A stretch of 64,000 bases of DNA from Candidatus Altimarinota bacterium (GTDB lineage: Bacteria > Patescibacteriota > Gracilibacteria > CAIRYL01): positions 1,056,001 to 1,120,000 of the forward strand of contig OZ252287.1 of assembly GCA_965250085.1 (NCBI GenBank), read 5' to 3'. A program made the translations under genes and the position numbers. Positions 50,272 to 62,925 of this stretch are shown one piece after another. Every line of letters begins with the position of its first letter. The stretch's first letter is position 1. The notes under the pieces are model-generated. The model searched no databases. It was not told where the DNA came from and saw only the letters and a program-made list of their open reading frames with translations.

Positions 50272-50823
50272 ATGAAAAAAAATTACCTTCTTGCAATTAT
50301 CCTTGGAACAACCTCAGGATTTTTGTCTGCCTGGCTTTCAATTATTGAACAAGAGGGTCGTAGAGAAGATATACTAGCGTTTTCACCAGGCTTTATGTTC
50401 GCTTTTGCAGTACTTGCTCTTTCAATTTTTTGCAGACATCAATGGCCTAAATGGTGGAGGATTATTTTGGTTTTAGCTATTGTTAGTCCTGCTTTTTGGG
50501 TATCTGTTTGGGCCTCTTTAGGTTCTACAGATTGGTTTATAACACAAATGGGAGCACAAGGAGTTGTCATTCTTGCAGGTGCTATTGGTGCAGCAATTGT
50601 AAGTATCAGCTTTTTACTGTTGAACGCACACATAACAGCAATAAGTTGGATAAAACTTGTATGCTGGGGAGCTTTATTGGGAAATTTTGCTATGCCTTTT
50701 GCAAAAAGTATTGGATACCAGGAAAGTCCAAGTTTTGTCGAGACTTTTATTATGCATGGAGTATGGCAAGCTGGTATGGCATTTGCTTTTGTGTATCTTT
50801 TGGAGAAAACAAATTCCAATTAA
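50272..50823 (+). CDS. Hypothetical multi-TM protein
   Basis: About six hydrophobic segments; start at MKKNYLL preferred over 50209. Confidence 0.65.
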   Translation: MKKNYLLAIILGTTSGFLSAWLSIIEQEGRREDILAFSPGFMFAFAVLALSIFCRHQWPKWWRIILVLAIVSPAFWVSVWASLGSTDWFITQMGAQGVVILAGAIGAAIVSISFLLLNAHITAISWIKLVCWGALLGNFAMPFAKSIGYQESPSFVETFIMHGVWQAGMAFAFVYLLEKTNSN

Positions 50824-50952
50824 ATAATTAAAAAGTTTTTATTTTTCGTCTCCCAAGTTCCCAAGTAGTTCAGAAATTTGGAATCAATTTCCCCATCGGA
50901 CTTGGTTTTTTAAACTAAACCCATAAAGAAACACACGCGTTCTAAACGCGCG

Positions 50953-51771
50953 CTAGCGAGAGGAAAACCATTTTTTAAAAGTTTTTAATTTTGGTGATGG
51001 AAATAGCTCATGAAAATAATACAGAAGAGGAATTCCTATCAAAAGCTTAAAAAAAATAGAATTTGATATACTCAAAAGAACCATTATGATCATTTCAAAA
51101 AATATGTCTAATTTCTCATTGAGACCATAGTTTATATTCAGCCATTCTGTGTATATGACGAAAAGACTCATTATAAAGAGAAATAGCAATTTCATAACAC
51201 TTTCTCTTGTGTTCTTTTTTGGGATAAGTTTTTTTATTAATTTTACTTGAGGTGCAAAATAAAGAAATATATAGAGAAAAGCAATAAGGAAACAGAGAAG
51301 AGGAAATATGAACAAAAAATAACTTACAAAAACTAAAAATATATATGTAAAGAAGTTGATATGTGTAGGCATTGAAAACAAGGTTTCAGGAAATTCAGAG
51401 CCAAATATACTCAAATTACTTACTAACAAATCGATGATTGGAAGACTCTGATCATGGCCACCGCTACTGAGTATTACGACAATGGTATATAAAAATCCTT
51501 GAGCATAAAAAAAGAACAAAAGCTCTATTACACGAATTTTTTTGATTCTCCTCCCTTGTATTTTTCGAAAAGAATACGAGATGCCCCATATTACAAAAGA
51601 TATTATCCAAAATGTGGAAAGCGCTTTAAAATGGGATGCATGGACTGTCCCCATTGAGATCGCAACAGCAAAGAATGCTAATATTATTTTTGGAAAATAC
51701 GTCCAGAAAAGTTTCAAAAGAAGGGTAGGTCTATACGTTTCAAAAAATGTAGCTCTTTCTACTTTGCTCAT
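50953..51771 (-). CDS. Hypothetical multi-TM protein, very low GC
   Basis: 272-aa Phe/Ile/Leu-rich ORF. Confidence 0.6.
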   Translation of the reverse strand: MSKVERATFFETYRPTLLLKLFWTYFPKIILAFFAVAISMGTVHASHFKALSTFWIISFVIWGISYSFRKIQGRRIKKIRVIELLFFFYAQGFLYTIVVILSSGGHDQSLPIIDLLVSNLSIFGSEFPETLFSMPTHINFFTYIFLVFVSYFLFIFPLLCFLIAFLYIFLYFAPQVKLIKKLIPKKNTRESVMKLLFLFIMSLFVIYTEWLNINYGLNEKLDIFFEMIIMVLLSISNSIFFKLLIGIPLLYYFHELFPSPKLKTFKKWFSSR

Positions 51772-51930
51772 GAAGAAAAAATAATTCTTTTTACAATTTA
51801 TTAAAGTCTACTGCACCAATTATGAAGGTCAAACTCAATCTTTACAGTTCCCCTGTTCGCCAGTGCTTATTTTTAATAAAGACTTCGAGAAATTCATCTC
51901 AAACTCAATTATACTTCTATCATAAAATTT

Positions 51931-52401
51931 TTATTTCTCGTCTCCCAAGTTCTCCAATAATTCAGAAATTTGTGATTGTATTTCAGATATTGGAGACACT
52001 TCCTTCTTATTTCTTAAGCCGGAAACCATAGTGTCTTTCCATGATTGTACGATGGAATAATTTTTTTGCATCCATCGGCTTATGAGTTCAATACTTTTCT
52101 CATCTTTCTTTATATCGTCTATTGCTTCTTGAGCCCATGGTTCATAGTTCGCTGGTATGGAACTTCCAAAGACTTCTATCAGCAGCAAACAGATAACAAT
52201 CTTTTCAATACTATTTTTTTGAGCAAACATTTCGAAAAATTCATTCCGAATCTGGTCAACTTTTCTATCTGTCATTGGCAACCTGCGATCACTCTGAATA
52301 AATCCAGAAAGGCTTATGACATGAGGAGCAAGATGTGACTCCATTTCTTCAAAAAGGTGTAGATATTCTGACTCTGGAGAAGTTTCTAGAGAATCCATCA
52401 T
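51931..52401 (-). CDS. Hypothetical protein
   Basis: 156-aa ORF immediately downstream of the SLH/M23 gene. Confidence 0.65.
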   Translation of the reverse strand: MMDSLETSPESEYLHLFEEMESHLAPHVISLSGFIQSDRRLPMTDRKVDQIRNEFFEMFAQKNSIEKIVICLLLIEVFGSSIPANYEPWAQEAIDDIKKDEKSIELISRWMQKNYSIVQSWKDTMVSGLRNKKEVSPISEIQSQISELLENLGDEK

Positions 52402-52418
52402 CTATATACTAAAGATTT

Positions 52419-54821
52419 TTATTTTAACAATCGATACATTGCCTCAGCCACTTCTCCTCGGGTGATTTCTCGATTTCCCAAGAATGATCTGTTGAAATCC
52501 AAAAGTCTGTTGTCTTTGGCAAAAAGGGCATAGGATGCAAACCAATCGTCTGCAGAAACATCTTCAAAGGGATCAAAATCAAGATTTCTTCTCAGAGCAG
52601 TAGCATCTGTTTCGAGAAGAATTTTGAAGAATTCAGCGCGATTGATAGTATTTGCCGGGCGGAAGGTTCCATCAGGATACCCACCCACAATTCCATTTTT
52701 TTCAGCTGTAGCAACATAATCAGCGAACCATTGTCCGGGGGCAATGTCCTTTAGTGAGCTCTGTCCTGCTTCAACGGGAATATTAAATCCTTCTAGTAGC
52801 ATCTTGGTCGCTTCAGCTCTATTTACAATTCGGTCGGGCTGAAAGCTGCCGTCAGGATACCCACCTACAATTCCATTTTTTTTGAGATATTCTATGGCTT
52901 TGGCATTTTCGTGACGATCACTAACATCGGTAAAAATATTGTTTGTGTCTTCGTACAATTTGCCACTTTCGCCCACCAGGACCCCAGCTTGTGCTTTGAG
53001 AACAAGTGGCTCCGATTCCAAAGCAATAAGTTCTACCTCTACTTTTCCATCCACAAAATCTTGTGAAGTGAGCTCGTTGGGTTTCACAATTCCTTCTCCT
53101 TCAGTCACAGAGACGCGCACTGTACCGCGAAAAGAGAGGGGAGTTAGATTGCCGACTTCATCGATACTTCTAATCACCACTTTTTCGGGAACACCTCTAA
53201 TAAATTGTTTTTCTGCTTCGATTTCAAAAGCATTGACGGGCTTGAGCTCTCCCAAAACTTCCACCTCTGCACTCCCCAGGCTGCCAGCAGATATGGTAGC
53301 AGTTCCTAATTTTTCTGCAGTAAACCTGACTTGAGCAATGCCGCCTTCAAATTTATCAGCTCTGAGTGAACCAGGACTTACTTGTCCATGACCACTATTG
53401 AGAGCAAATCCTCCCTGTGGAATAAAATCAGTAAGCAAGGTGCCATCGGATGAGACTGCTCTGACTTCAATGTCTATGGATTGTCCCTCCAGAGCGAATG
53501 AAGCTTCGGGGATTATTTCCAAGTGATCAAATTTTCCGTCACCAGAAGTTTCTTCTGGAGCAGAATGGAGCACCTCTTCCTCTACAGTGACCCTCAAACT
53601 ATCATCTATATCGCCATATTCTGCAGCGATCTTCACTCTTCCAGAATTCTGAGTAACAAGATCAAAATCTGCCCTTCCATCATGGAACCTGATGGCGGGA
53701 ATAGAAATATCGGCATCACTTACGGTGACTTGTACATCTGATTCTTCAAAAGAAGTCAGTATATGTCCGTCATCATCAAGAGCCATGATAGAGACTCTCA
53801 TTGTATCGCCTGGAAAAATTCTAGTGGGGCTCGCCTCAATTTCAAATTCCTCCAGGGTTCCAACTGTTGCCGGAGCAGTATTATTTTCTGAAGAGTCTGG
53901 AGTGTCAGAAGAAGAGTTCTCTACCACAAACGATCCGGATCCATCAAAGTATTCCTGCACAAACATCAGAGGGTGAATAGTGTGTTCTTTCGCATTTTCC
54001 AGTCCTAAACCAGCATTAATGGCTTGCCAAAAACTAAGTCCTGCAGCGGAGGCTTCGGTGGAACTAAAAGGCCAGTACGGATGCCATGGAGCAGAGTCAC
54101 GATCAATTTGAAAATGTACATGTGCGGTGGTCGCTGTTCCAGTATCACCCACTTCTCCGATCTTTTGTCCTTTTTCCACCACTTCACCATTACTGACTTC
54201 CACTTTGGACAAATGCGAATAGGTCACATACAGATCTTCTGTGTCGCCATTGACAGGAGCATTGGGGATCTTGTGGACAATGTGATATCCAAATCCATAA
54301 TTCTGCTCTACTGCTTTGGTTACCACTCCATTGGCAACGGCAAATACAGGAGTTCCGATAGGAGCCCTGATATCTACCGCAAGATGTGATCCGACCTCTT
54401 CTACATGGTCAAATTGATAATTTCCTAAGTACGCAACAGTATACGTGATTTGCGCATTGATGGTGTCATCATCATCCCTGCTACTCTGAAGCTCATTACT
54501 ATTATACGGCATAAGAGGTATCAGTTCATTTGCTTGATATGAGCGATAACTTCGATCGTTGTATCCACCTGTTTGAACCCAATTGGGAACTTTTTGGAGT
54601 GGCATGACAGTTCCATCGAATGTGATTTGAGATTCGAGTATGCTTGCTTTAAAAAACTGAGCAGTGTCATCCAGAGTAGAGATGATCCCCATGAGAATGA
54701 AAGTGAGAATCGTATATGAAATAAATGGATGAACCGGAAAGAAGTGAAAAATACGAGAAAAGAAGTCTTCCTTTTCTTCGATACGATTTTTTCTCCTGTG
54801 AGAGGATGTTTTTTTTGGCAT
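52419..54821 (-). CDS. M23 peptidase with Ig-like repeats and C-terminal SLH domains
   Basis: 'HLAVDI.APIGTPV', 'YSHLS', 'AHVHFQ'; beta-rich central repeats; SLH 'IVGGYPDGSFQPDRIVNRAE' twice plus a third unit. Confidence 0.92.
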   Translation of the reverse strand: MPKKTSSHRRKNRIEEKEDFFSRIFHFFPVHPFISYTILTFILMGIISTLDDTAQFFKASILESQITFDGTVMPLQKVPNWVQTGGYNDRSYRSYQANELIPLMPYNSNELQSSRDDDDTINAQITYTVAYLGNYQFDHVEEVGSHLAVDIRAPIGTPVFAVANGVVTKAVEQNYGFGYHIVHKIPNAPVNGDTEDLYVTYSHLSKVEVSNGEVVEKGQKIGEVGDTGTATTAHVHFQIDRDSAPWHPYWPFSSTEASAAGLSFWQAINAGLGLENAKEHTIHPLMFVQEYFDGSGSFVVENSSSDTPDSSENNTAPATVGTLEEFEIEASPTRIFPGDTMRVSIMALDDDGHILTSFEESDVQVTVSDADISIPAIRFHDGRADFDLVTQNSGRVKIAAEYGDIDDSLRVTVEEEVLHSAPEETSGDGKFDHLEIIPEASFALEGQSIDIEVRAVSSDGTLLTDFIPQGGFALNSGHGQVSPGSLRADKFEGGIAQVRFTAEKLGTATISAGSLGSAEVEVLGELKPVNAFEIEAEKQFIRGVPEKVVIRSIDEVGNLTPLSFRGTVRVSVTEGEGIVKPNELTSQDFVDGKVEVELIALESEPLVLKAQAGVLVGESGKLYEDTNNIFTDVSDRHENAKAIEYLKKNGIVGGYPDGSFQPDRIVNRAEATKMLLEGFNIPVEAGQSSLKDIAPGQWFADYVATAEKNGIVGGYPDGTFRPANTINRAEFFKILLETDATALRRNLDFDPFEDVSADDWFASYALFAKDNRLLDFNRSFLGNREITRGEVAEAMYRLLK

Positions 54822-54902
54822 AGTATGTATATATGTATTTTTTTGATTCTCAGAAATGAGAATTTTTCATATCATTATAGCAAAAACTCTTCCTTTTTTC
54901 AA

Positions 54903-55961
54903 ATGAATCTCTCCTATATATCAGTTTCTGAAGCCAATACTCTGGGTGCTGGCGCATATCTTTCCCACACGTTGGGTCTGAGACCTGAATGGGGAAGGAT
55001 CGTACTTCTTTCTGGAGAACTGGGAAGTGGCAAAACGCGCTTTGTACAGGGGATTTTAAAAGAATTTGGAATTCAAACAGCCGGAAAAAGTCCGACATTT
55101 ACGTTCTTTCGCGAACATACTTCTCAAGATCACAAAGTACTGCATGCAGACCTCTATCGTCTGGGTGAAGCGGGTGCTGAGCAGCAAAGAGAGTCTCTGC
55201 GAGAAATGCTAGAACATTATTTTTCAGAAGGATATATCCTTCTCATCGAATGGCCGGAACTTCTCGGAAAAGAAAACTTTTGGGACTCGGAAAACAGAGT
55301 GGAAGTATCTTTGGCTCATGGAAAACATGAGGAAGAAAGAGTTTTGAAGACTGTATTTCATAACTCTGGAAGCATCTCGGAAGGCAGCGTTCATGCTCTC
55401 ATGGAGGAGTATTGCACTCCAGTCCATGTGCGAAAACATATTGAAGCGGTCACAAAAGTAGCAGTACAAATCAGTGAAGCGCTCTTTCAAAAAGGTGTTT
55501 TGATGGATCTCAATCTCGTAAAGTGTTCTGCACTCTGTCATGACCTCGTGCGGTATGTAGATTTTCCCAATTTTGAGAACCTCTCGCATTATCAGGAAGA
55601 GATTACAGAAGAAAAATTACGAACTTGGAAAGATCTTCACCAAAAATACAAAAAAATTCACCACGCTGATGCGATAGCAGATATTTTACGAGAAAGGGGA
55701 TTTGATGCCACGGCCAAAGTAGTAGAAGCGCATAATACTTCGCAAATCTTTCGTAAAGAGCCATTTTCTTGGCCTGAGAAAGTGGTCTATTATGCGGACA
55801 AAAGGGCTCTTCATGATACTATTGTAAGCCTCAAAGAACGCTTTGCCGATGGGAGAAAAAGGTATAGCTATGAAGCAAGCCCAGAGCTGGAAAATAAAGT
55901 CTTTGTGCTGGAAAAAGAGATTTTTGAGTACTTGGATATAGAGCCGGAAGATATTTCCTAG
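54903..55961 (+). CDS. tsaE: TsaE (t6A biosynthesis ATPase) fused to C-terminal HD domain
   Basis: 'GELGSGKT', 'SPTFT', 'HADLYRL', 'LIEWPE'; then 'VRKHIEAV..ALCHDL..HHAD..VEAH..YYADKR'. Start moved to ATG 54903. Confidence 0.9.
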   Translation: MNLSYISVSEANTLGAGAYLSHTLGLRPEWGRIVLLSGELGSGKTRFVQGILKEFGIQTAGKSPTFTFFREHTSQDHKVLHADLYRLGEAGAEQQRESLREMLEHYFSEGYILLIEWPELLGKENFWDSENRVEVSLAHGKHEEERVLKTVFHNSGSISEGSVHALMEEYCTPVHVRKHIEAVTKVAVQISEALFQKGVLMDLNLVKCSALCHDLVRYVDFPNFENLSHYQEEITEEKLRTWKDLHQKYKKIHHADAIADILRERGFDATAKVVEAHNTSQIFRKEPFSWPEKVVYYADKRALHDTIVSLKERFADGRKRYSYEASPELENKVFVLEKEIFEYLDIEPEDIS

Positions 55962-56038
55962 ACGCTATCCTGAATCTGGTTCAAGATCGCTGGCTCGTCT
56001 ATGAATGTTACATAGGATAGCTTTTTTAGATCACAAAA

Positions 56039-57379
56039 CTATCTTAGCTTGTCTGTTAAATAATATTGGCGTTGCCGCCCTACTTTTTTTGAGCGGACGT
56101 ACTCCAATTTCTCAAGTGCGGTCAAATCCTTGTGAGCTGTAACTCTTGAAACATTATAAATAGTGCTATGTGTACTCATGGTTGTATATACACTCTCATT
56201 TTCTGCTAATAAATAATGCAATAATTGTTTTTGCCGATCATTCAATACTATATCCTTACTCACTCTCCTATCAATTTCCTTATTTTCAGAGACTTTTCTC
56301 TGTATATATTGGTCAAAATCCCTTACTGCTTGAATGATTTTTCGAATATGATAGTCATAAAAATAAGTTATGTCGCCATCGTCTTGTTCAGTGTATAAAT
56401 AGGCATTTCCATACTGCGCAGCAGATTTTTTTATAACCGTTGAGATCGGAAGATATGCAATCCCCCAATAATTTTTTCGAAGAAGATACCAATAAAATAA
56501 AGTTCTTGCTATCCTTCCATTTCCATCTGTAAATGGGTGTAAATACCCGATCCAAAAATGTAAGAAAACAGCTTTAATGAGTGGATGAGTGAAAGTATCT
56601 GCATCTTGATCATTTGCATAATCAATAAGACGCAGAAGTTCTTCACGCATAAAGGATTCAGTTGGTGCAATGTGAGCAATCATTTGCTTGTTTTCATCTA
56701 CGACAACTATTTCATCTTTATCAAGTCTAAATCTTCCTTGCTCTTTTTTTGGTATTTCAAGATCCTGATCTGTCAAAACATGGTGTAACTCTAAGAGTAA
56801 ATTCTCACTCAATTCTCTATCTTTAAAGTCGTCTTCAATAAGCTGCATTGCCTTGTAATTATTAATAATCATTCTTTCCCCTCTATTGGTAGGTTTTCTT
56901 TTTTCTAGAATCATTTTCCTCGCTGCTTTACGCGAAGTATTTGCACCCTCTAATTGGCTAGATGCTATGGCTTCTTCAATTAAGCCATTAGATAAGAATC
57001 TTTGTTTATTTTGATCTGAAAGCATGGAATATGGGGCAAAAATACCGCCACCTATCGCAGTATCAATTTTATGATGCCATTTGTCGCTATCAGGAAGTGA
57101 TAGAAAGGTAAACGGTTTACCATTTTCTTGGCGCAAAAAAGTGTTTCGTGAAAAAAGACTACGCATTTCTCGAGTTGCGACCCAAGACTCCTCAGGACTT
57201 AAACCTTTGGGCGGTACACGATGCTTGACTTTGTCCCAGTAAAGATACTTCGGGTCTACAGAATCAAAAAAATATTTACGCTGAATATGAGTATCAAGTG
57301 CTGAGAATTTCTGTAGAGCCCCCTTTCTATTCTTCGAACTAAGCTTCGGTTTTTCCAACTTAATTTTATTCATATTCAT
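56039..57379 (-). CDS. Fic-family protein with C-terminal winged HTH
   Basis: 'AIASSQLEG', Fic motif 'HPFTDGNGRIAR', C-terminal 'VSRVTAHKDLTALEK'. Confidence 0.93.
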   Translation of the reverse strand: MNMNKIKLEKPKLSSKNRKGALQKFSALDTHIQRKYFFDSVDPKYLYWDKVKHRVPPKGLSPEESWVATREMRSLFSRNTFLRQENGKPFTFLSLPDSDKWHHKIDTAIGGGIFAPYSMLSDQNKQRFLSNGLIEEAIASSQLEGANTSRKAARKMILEKRKPTNRGERMIINNYKAMQLIEDDFKDRELSENLLLELHHVLTDQDLEIPKKEQGRFRLDKDEIVVVDENKQMIAHIAPTESFMREELLRLIDYANDQDADTFTHPLIKAVFLHFWIGYLHPFTDGNGRIARTLFYWYLLRKNYWGIAYLPISTVIKKSAAQYGNAYLYTEQDDGDITYFYDYHIRKIIQAVRDFDQYIQRKVSENKEIDRRVSKDIVLNDRQKQLLHYLLAENESVYTTMSTHSTIYNVSRVTAHKDLTALEKLEYVRSKKVGRQRQYYLTDKLR

Positions 57380-57461
57380 ATGTAAAGTGTTTACATAAAG
57401 TTTACATATTCTTTATATATTAATAAAATATATATGTAAAGTGTTTACATAAAGTTTACAT
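57378..57461. promoter_or_regulatory. Duplicated 30-bp operator-like repeat upstream of the fic gene
   Basis: ATATGTAAAGTGTTTACATAAAGTTTACAT at 57378 and 57432, each containing the palindrome ATGTAAA-GTG-TTTACAT. Confidence 0.7.
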
Positions 57462-57501
57462 GTTCTTTGCATTTATCAATATTAAACATTAAAAAAATTA
57501 T

Positions 57502-58211
57502 GGCTCTAGAGTAGGAGATTTTAAAAATCTCTGATAATTTTGGACATTATAACAAAAATATCTTGATCTTTATAGTTCCATCGCCACTCACATTCTTTGA
57601 GGTGAAAGTTAAACTTGTGAGAAGCAATTCCGTTAAACTTAGAGAGTCTTCTTTTCGCAAAAGACCAAAAGGATTCAATACCATTTACATGACATTTTCC
57701 TCGTGCAAATTCATTTTCTGAGTGATGAATACGATAGTGATCATATCCATTGAGAATGAGTCCATCATAAGCTCTCCATCCATCAGTATGAATAGTTGAT
57801 CCTTCTAGTATTTTTCCTTGAATAATAGGTAGGAGCTCTTTTCTGGAGCAATCTTTTACAATAGAAACAAATACCCTTCCTTCTCTTTGAAGGATTCCAA
57901 AGACAGGAGTCTTTCCTGCGGCTCCTCTTCCTCTCTTTCCTCTCATTCTCTTTGCTCCAAAGTAACTTTCATCAAGTTCAAATTCTCCAAAACTCTTTGA
58001 CTGTGCTAAAGAGAACTTTGCAATCTTTTCTCTAAAAATATTAAAATATCGATCAACCGTTCTCCGATTGAGATCTAGAATATTTGCTGTTTTTGATGCA
58101 TTGAGATCTTCACAAAAACACTTCAATATTTTTTTGATCTTATAATTCGATATTTTACTGTGTTTAAGCATGTTAAGAGAATAATTGAAGTAATTATTCT
58201 ACTCAAGAGCC
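57502..58211 (-). mobile_element. IS1595-family insertion sequence, 710 bp, copy 2
   Basis: Reverse complement of copy 1 with identical transposase translation; 8-bp TSD AAAATTAT on both sides. Confidence 0.95.
57521..58171 (-). CDS. IS1595-family DDE transposase
   Basis: Protein identical to 14612..15262. Confidence 0.95.
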   Translation of the reverse strand: MLKHSKISNYKIKKILKCFCEDLNASKTANILDLNRRTVDRYFNIFREKIAKFSLAQSKSFGEFELDESYFGAKRMRGKRGRGAAGKTPVFGILQREGRVFVSIVKDCSRKELLPIIQGKILEGSTIHTDGWRAYDGLILNGYDHYRIHHSENEFARGKCHVNGIESFWSFAKRRLSKFNGIASHKFNFHLKECEWRWNYKDQDIFVIMSKIIRDF

Positions 58212-58236
58212 AAAATTATATACAGAAAAAAGCCTT

Positions 58237-58356
58237 ATCTTGGCGACGACCTACTCTCCCAAGGGCAAGGCCCTAAGTACCATCGGCGCGGAAGGACTTA
58301 ACTACTGAGTTCGAGATGGGATCAGGTGTACCCCCTTCGCTATAGCCACCAAGATA
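58237..58356 (-). rRNA. rrf: 5S rRNA
   Basis: Reverse complement reads TCTTGGTGGCTATAGCGAAGGGGGTACACCTGATCCCATCTCGAACTCAGTAGTTAAG...GGGAGAGTAGGTCGTCGCCAAGA with paired ends. Confidence 0.95.
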
Positions 58357-58577
58357 AGACCTTTTTCATGATTTTGAGTGAAGTGGTATGTCTTATCTCA
58401 CCGAAAAGAAAGCTATTCATGTATATTACAAACTTCTCTTAAAAAAGAGGTAATTAAGAAAAAAATTCTGTCTGCCACGACTCCAAGAATTGGATGAAAC
58501 GTCTGACAAGTCAGACATCTCAATGTATTCCTGGAGTATTTTTTCTAAGAATTTAAAAAATTCTTAGAAAAAAGCAG

Positions 58578-61805
<3,228 letters not shown>

Positions 61806-61991
61806 TTCTGCCTGTTTCATGACAGACAAAGTCTTTTTCTCATCAGTGCTCTTCTTATTGATGAAATTTGCAATATTTTATGATAACTTTCTTTATCCAG
61901 TGATGTAAAAGATCAAGCTCAGAACTTTCTCTGAGCTCCTCAAAAGCCAAATATATGGCTTCTCAAAAGCTCCGAGAAATGAAGCTGACAG

Positions 61992-62019
61992 ATTGTAAAG
62001 ATATGAAGGGGAAAGTCAA
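61992..62019 (-). promoter_or_regulatory. Putative dedicated promoter for the 23S-5S unit
   Basis: Minus strand TTGACT-16 bp-TACAAT preceded by an A-rich tract, about 185 bp upstream of the 23S 5' end. Confidence 0.65.
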
Positions 62020-62230
62020 GGATTTTTCTTGAGTTTTTGCCCTTCGATTTACTGTCATTCACTCAGAGCACTCGACTCAATGTGAATAATAAATAGTTGC
62101 GGGCTTAGTGCGTGAGTAGTAATTGAATGGTGGACTCAGACTTTCAAAAGTAGAAACATTTTTGAAAGATCATTGGCATGAGTTTTTGAAGGAACTACAA
62201 AGATGGGATCTTCTTTTTGGGAACTGAATA

Positions 62231-62719
62231 TTATTTATAACTTTTAAAAATTTCCGAATAATTATCTTTATTTACCGTCTTTCCTGTTTCTATGTAATAT
62301 TTCAAACCAAAAAGATGTTTAACTAGAGCTTTTCCCAATTGACCTTTCATCAAATATTTCATAAAACCAGGAGAGAATGAAACAAAAGAAGTCATTCTTA
62401 CTTCTGTTTTTTTGTTTCCAATCGAAGACAATTCATAGGTAGCAGACATTTCTTTTATAAATGGGAGATTATGCTCGGTAACTATTACGGTAAAGCTATT
62501 ATTTTCATTTACTTCTGTGATTTTTTCGTCTAGAGATAACTTATCATCAAATTGGCAATGTCTCACACAATTTAATTCTCCATTCGAAGCTTTGTGCATG
62601 TAATGGGATGATTGCATGCCTGGATTATGTATATGAATATCTCCATATTGAACAAATAGCACCTCCCACGTTTTCTCTTTTGAGGCATGAATTACCTCTG
62701 TAAATTCTGATTTGTTCAT
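62231..62719 (-). CDS. SRPBCC/polyketide cyclase-family protein
   Basis: 'IHASKEKTWEVL..YGDIHIHNP....S...VRHCQF...LDEKITE...LKYYIETG'. Confidence 0.85.
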   Translation of the reverse strand: MNKSEFTEVIHASKEKTWEVLFVQYGDIHIHNPGMQSSHYMHKASNGELNCVRHCQFDDKLSLDEKITEVNENNSFTVIVTEHNLPFIKEMSATYELSSIGNKKTEVRMTSFVSFSPGFMKYLMKGQLGKALVKHLFGLKYYIETGKTVNKDNYSEIFKSYK

Positions 62720-62754
62720 ATGTTTTAAATTAAAGTGTATCCTTAATTTTCAAG

Positions 62755-62831
62755 TGGTGGAGCATATCGGAGTCGAACCGATGACCTCCTGCGTGCAAGG
62801 CAGGCGCTCTAGCCAGCTGAGCTAATGCCCC
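62755..62831 (-). tRNA. tRNA-Ala(TGC)
   Basis: GGGGCATTAGCTCAGCTGGCTAGAGCGCCTGCCT-TGC-ACGCAGGAGGTCATCGGTTCGACTCCGATATGCTCCACCA; cloverleaf, G3:U70 pair, encoded CCA. Confidence 0.98.
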
Positions 62832-62925
62832 AGAAAAGAGTTATCAGGTAGAAAGTTATAAAGTTCCAAGGTTAAAAATCCAATGCCGGAAAAGTGTATG
62901 AAAAAAAGAGATAAGTGGCAAGAAA

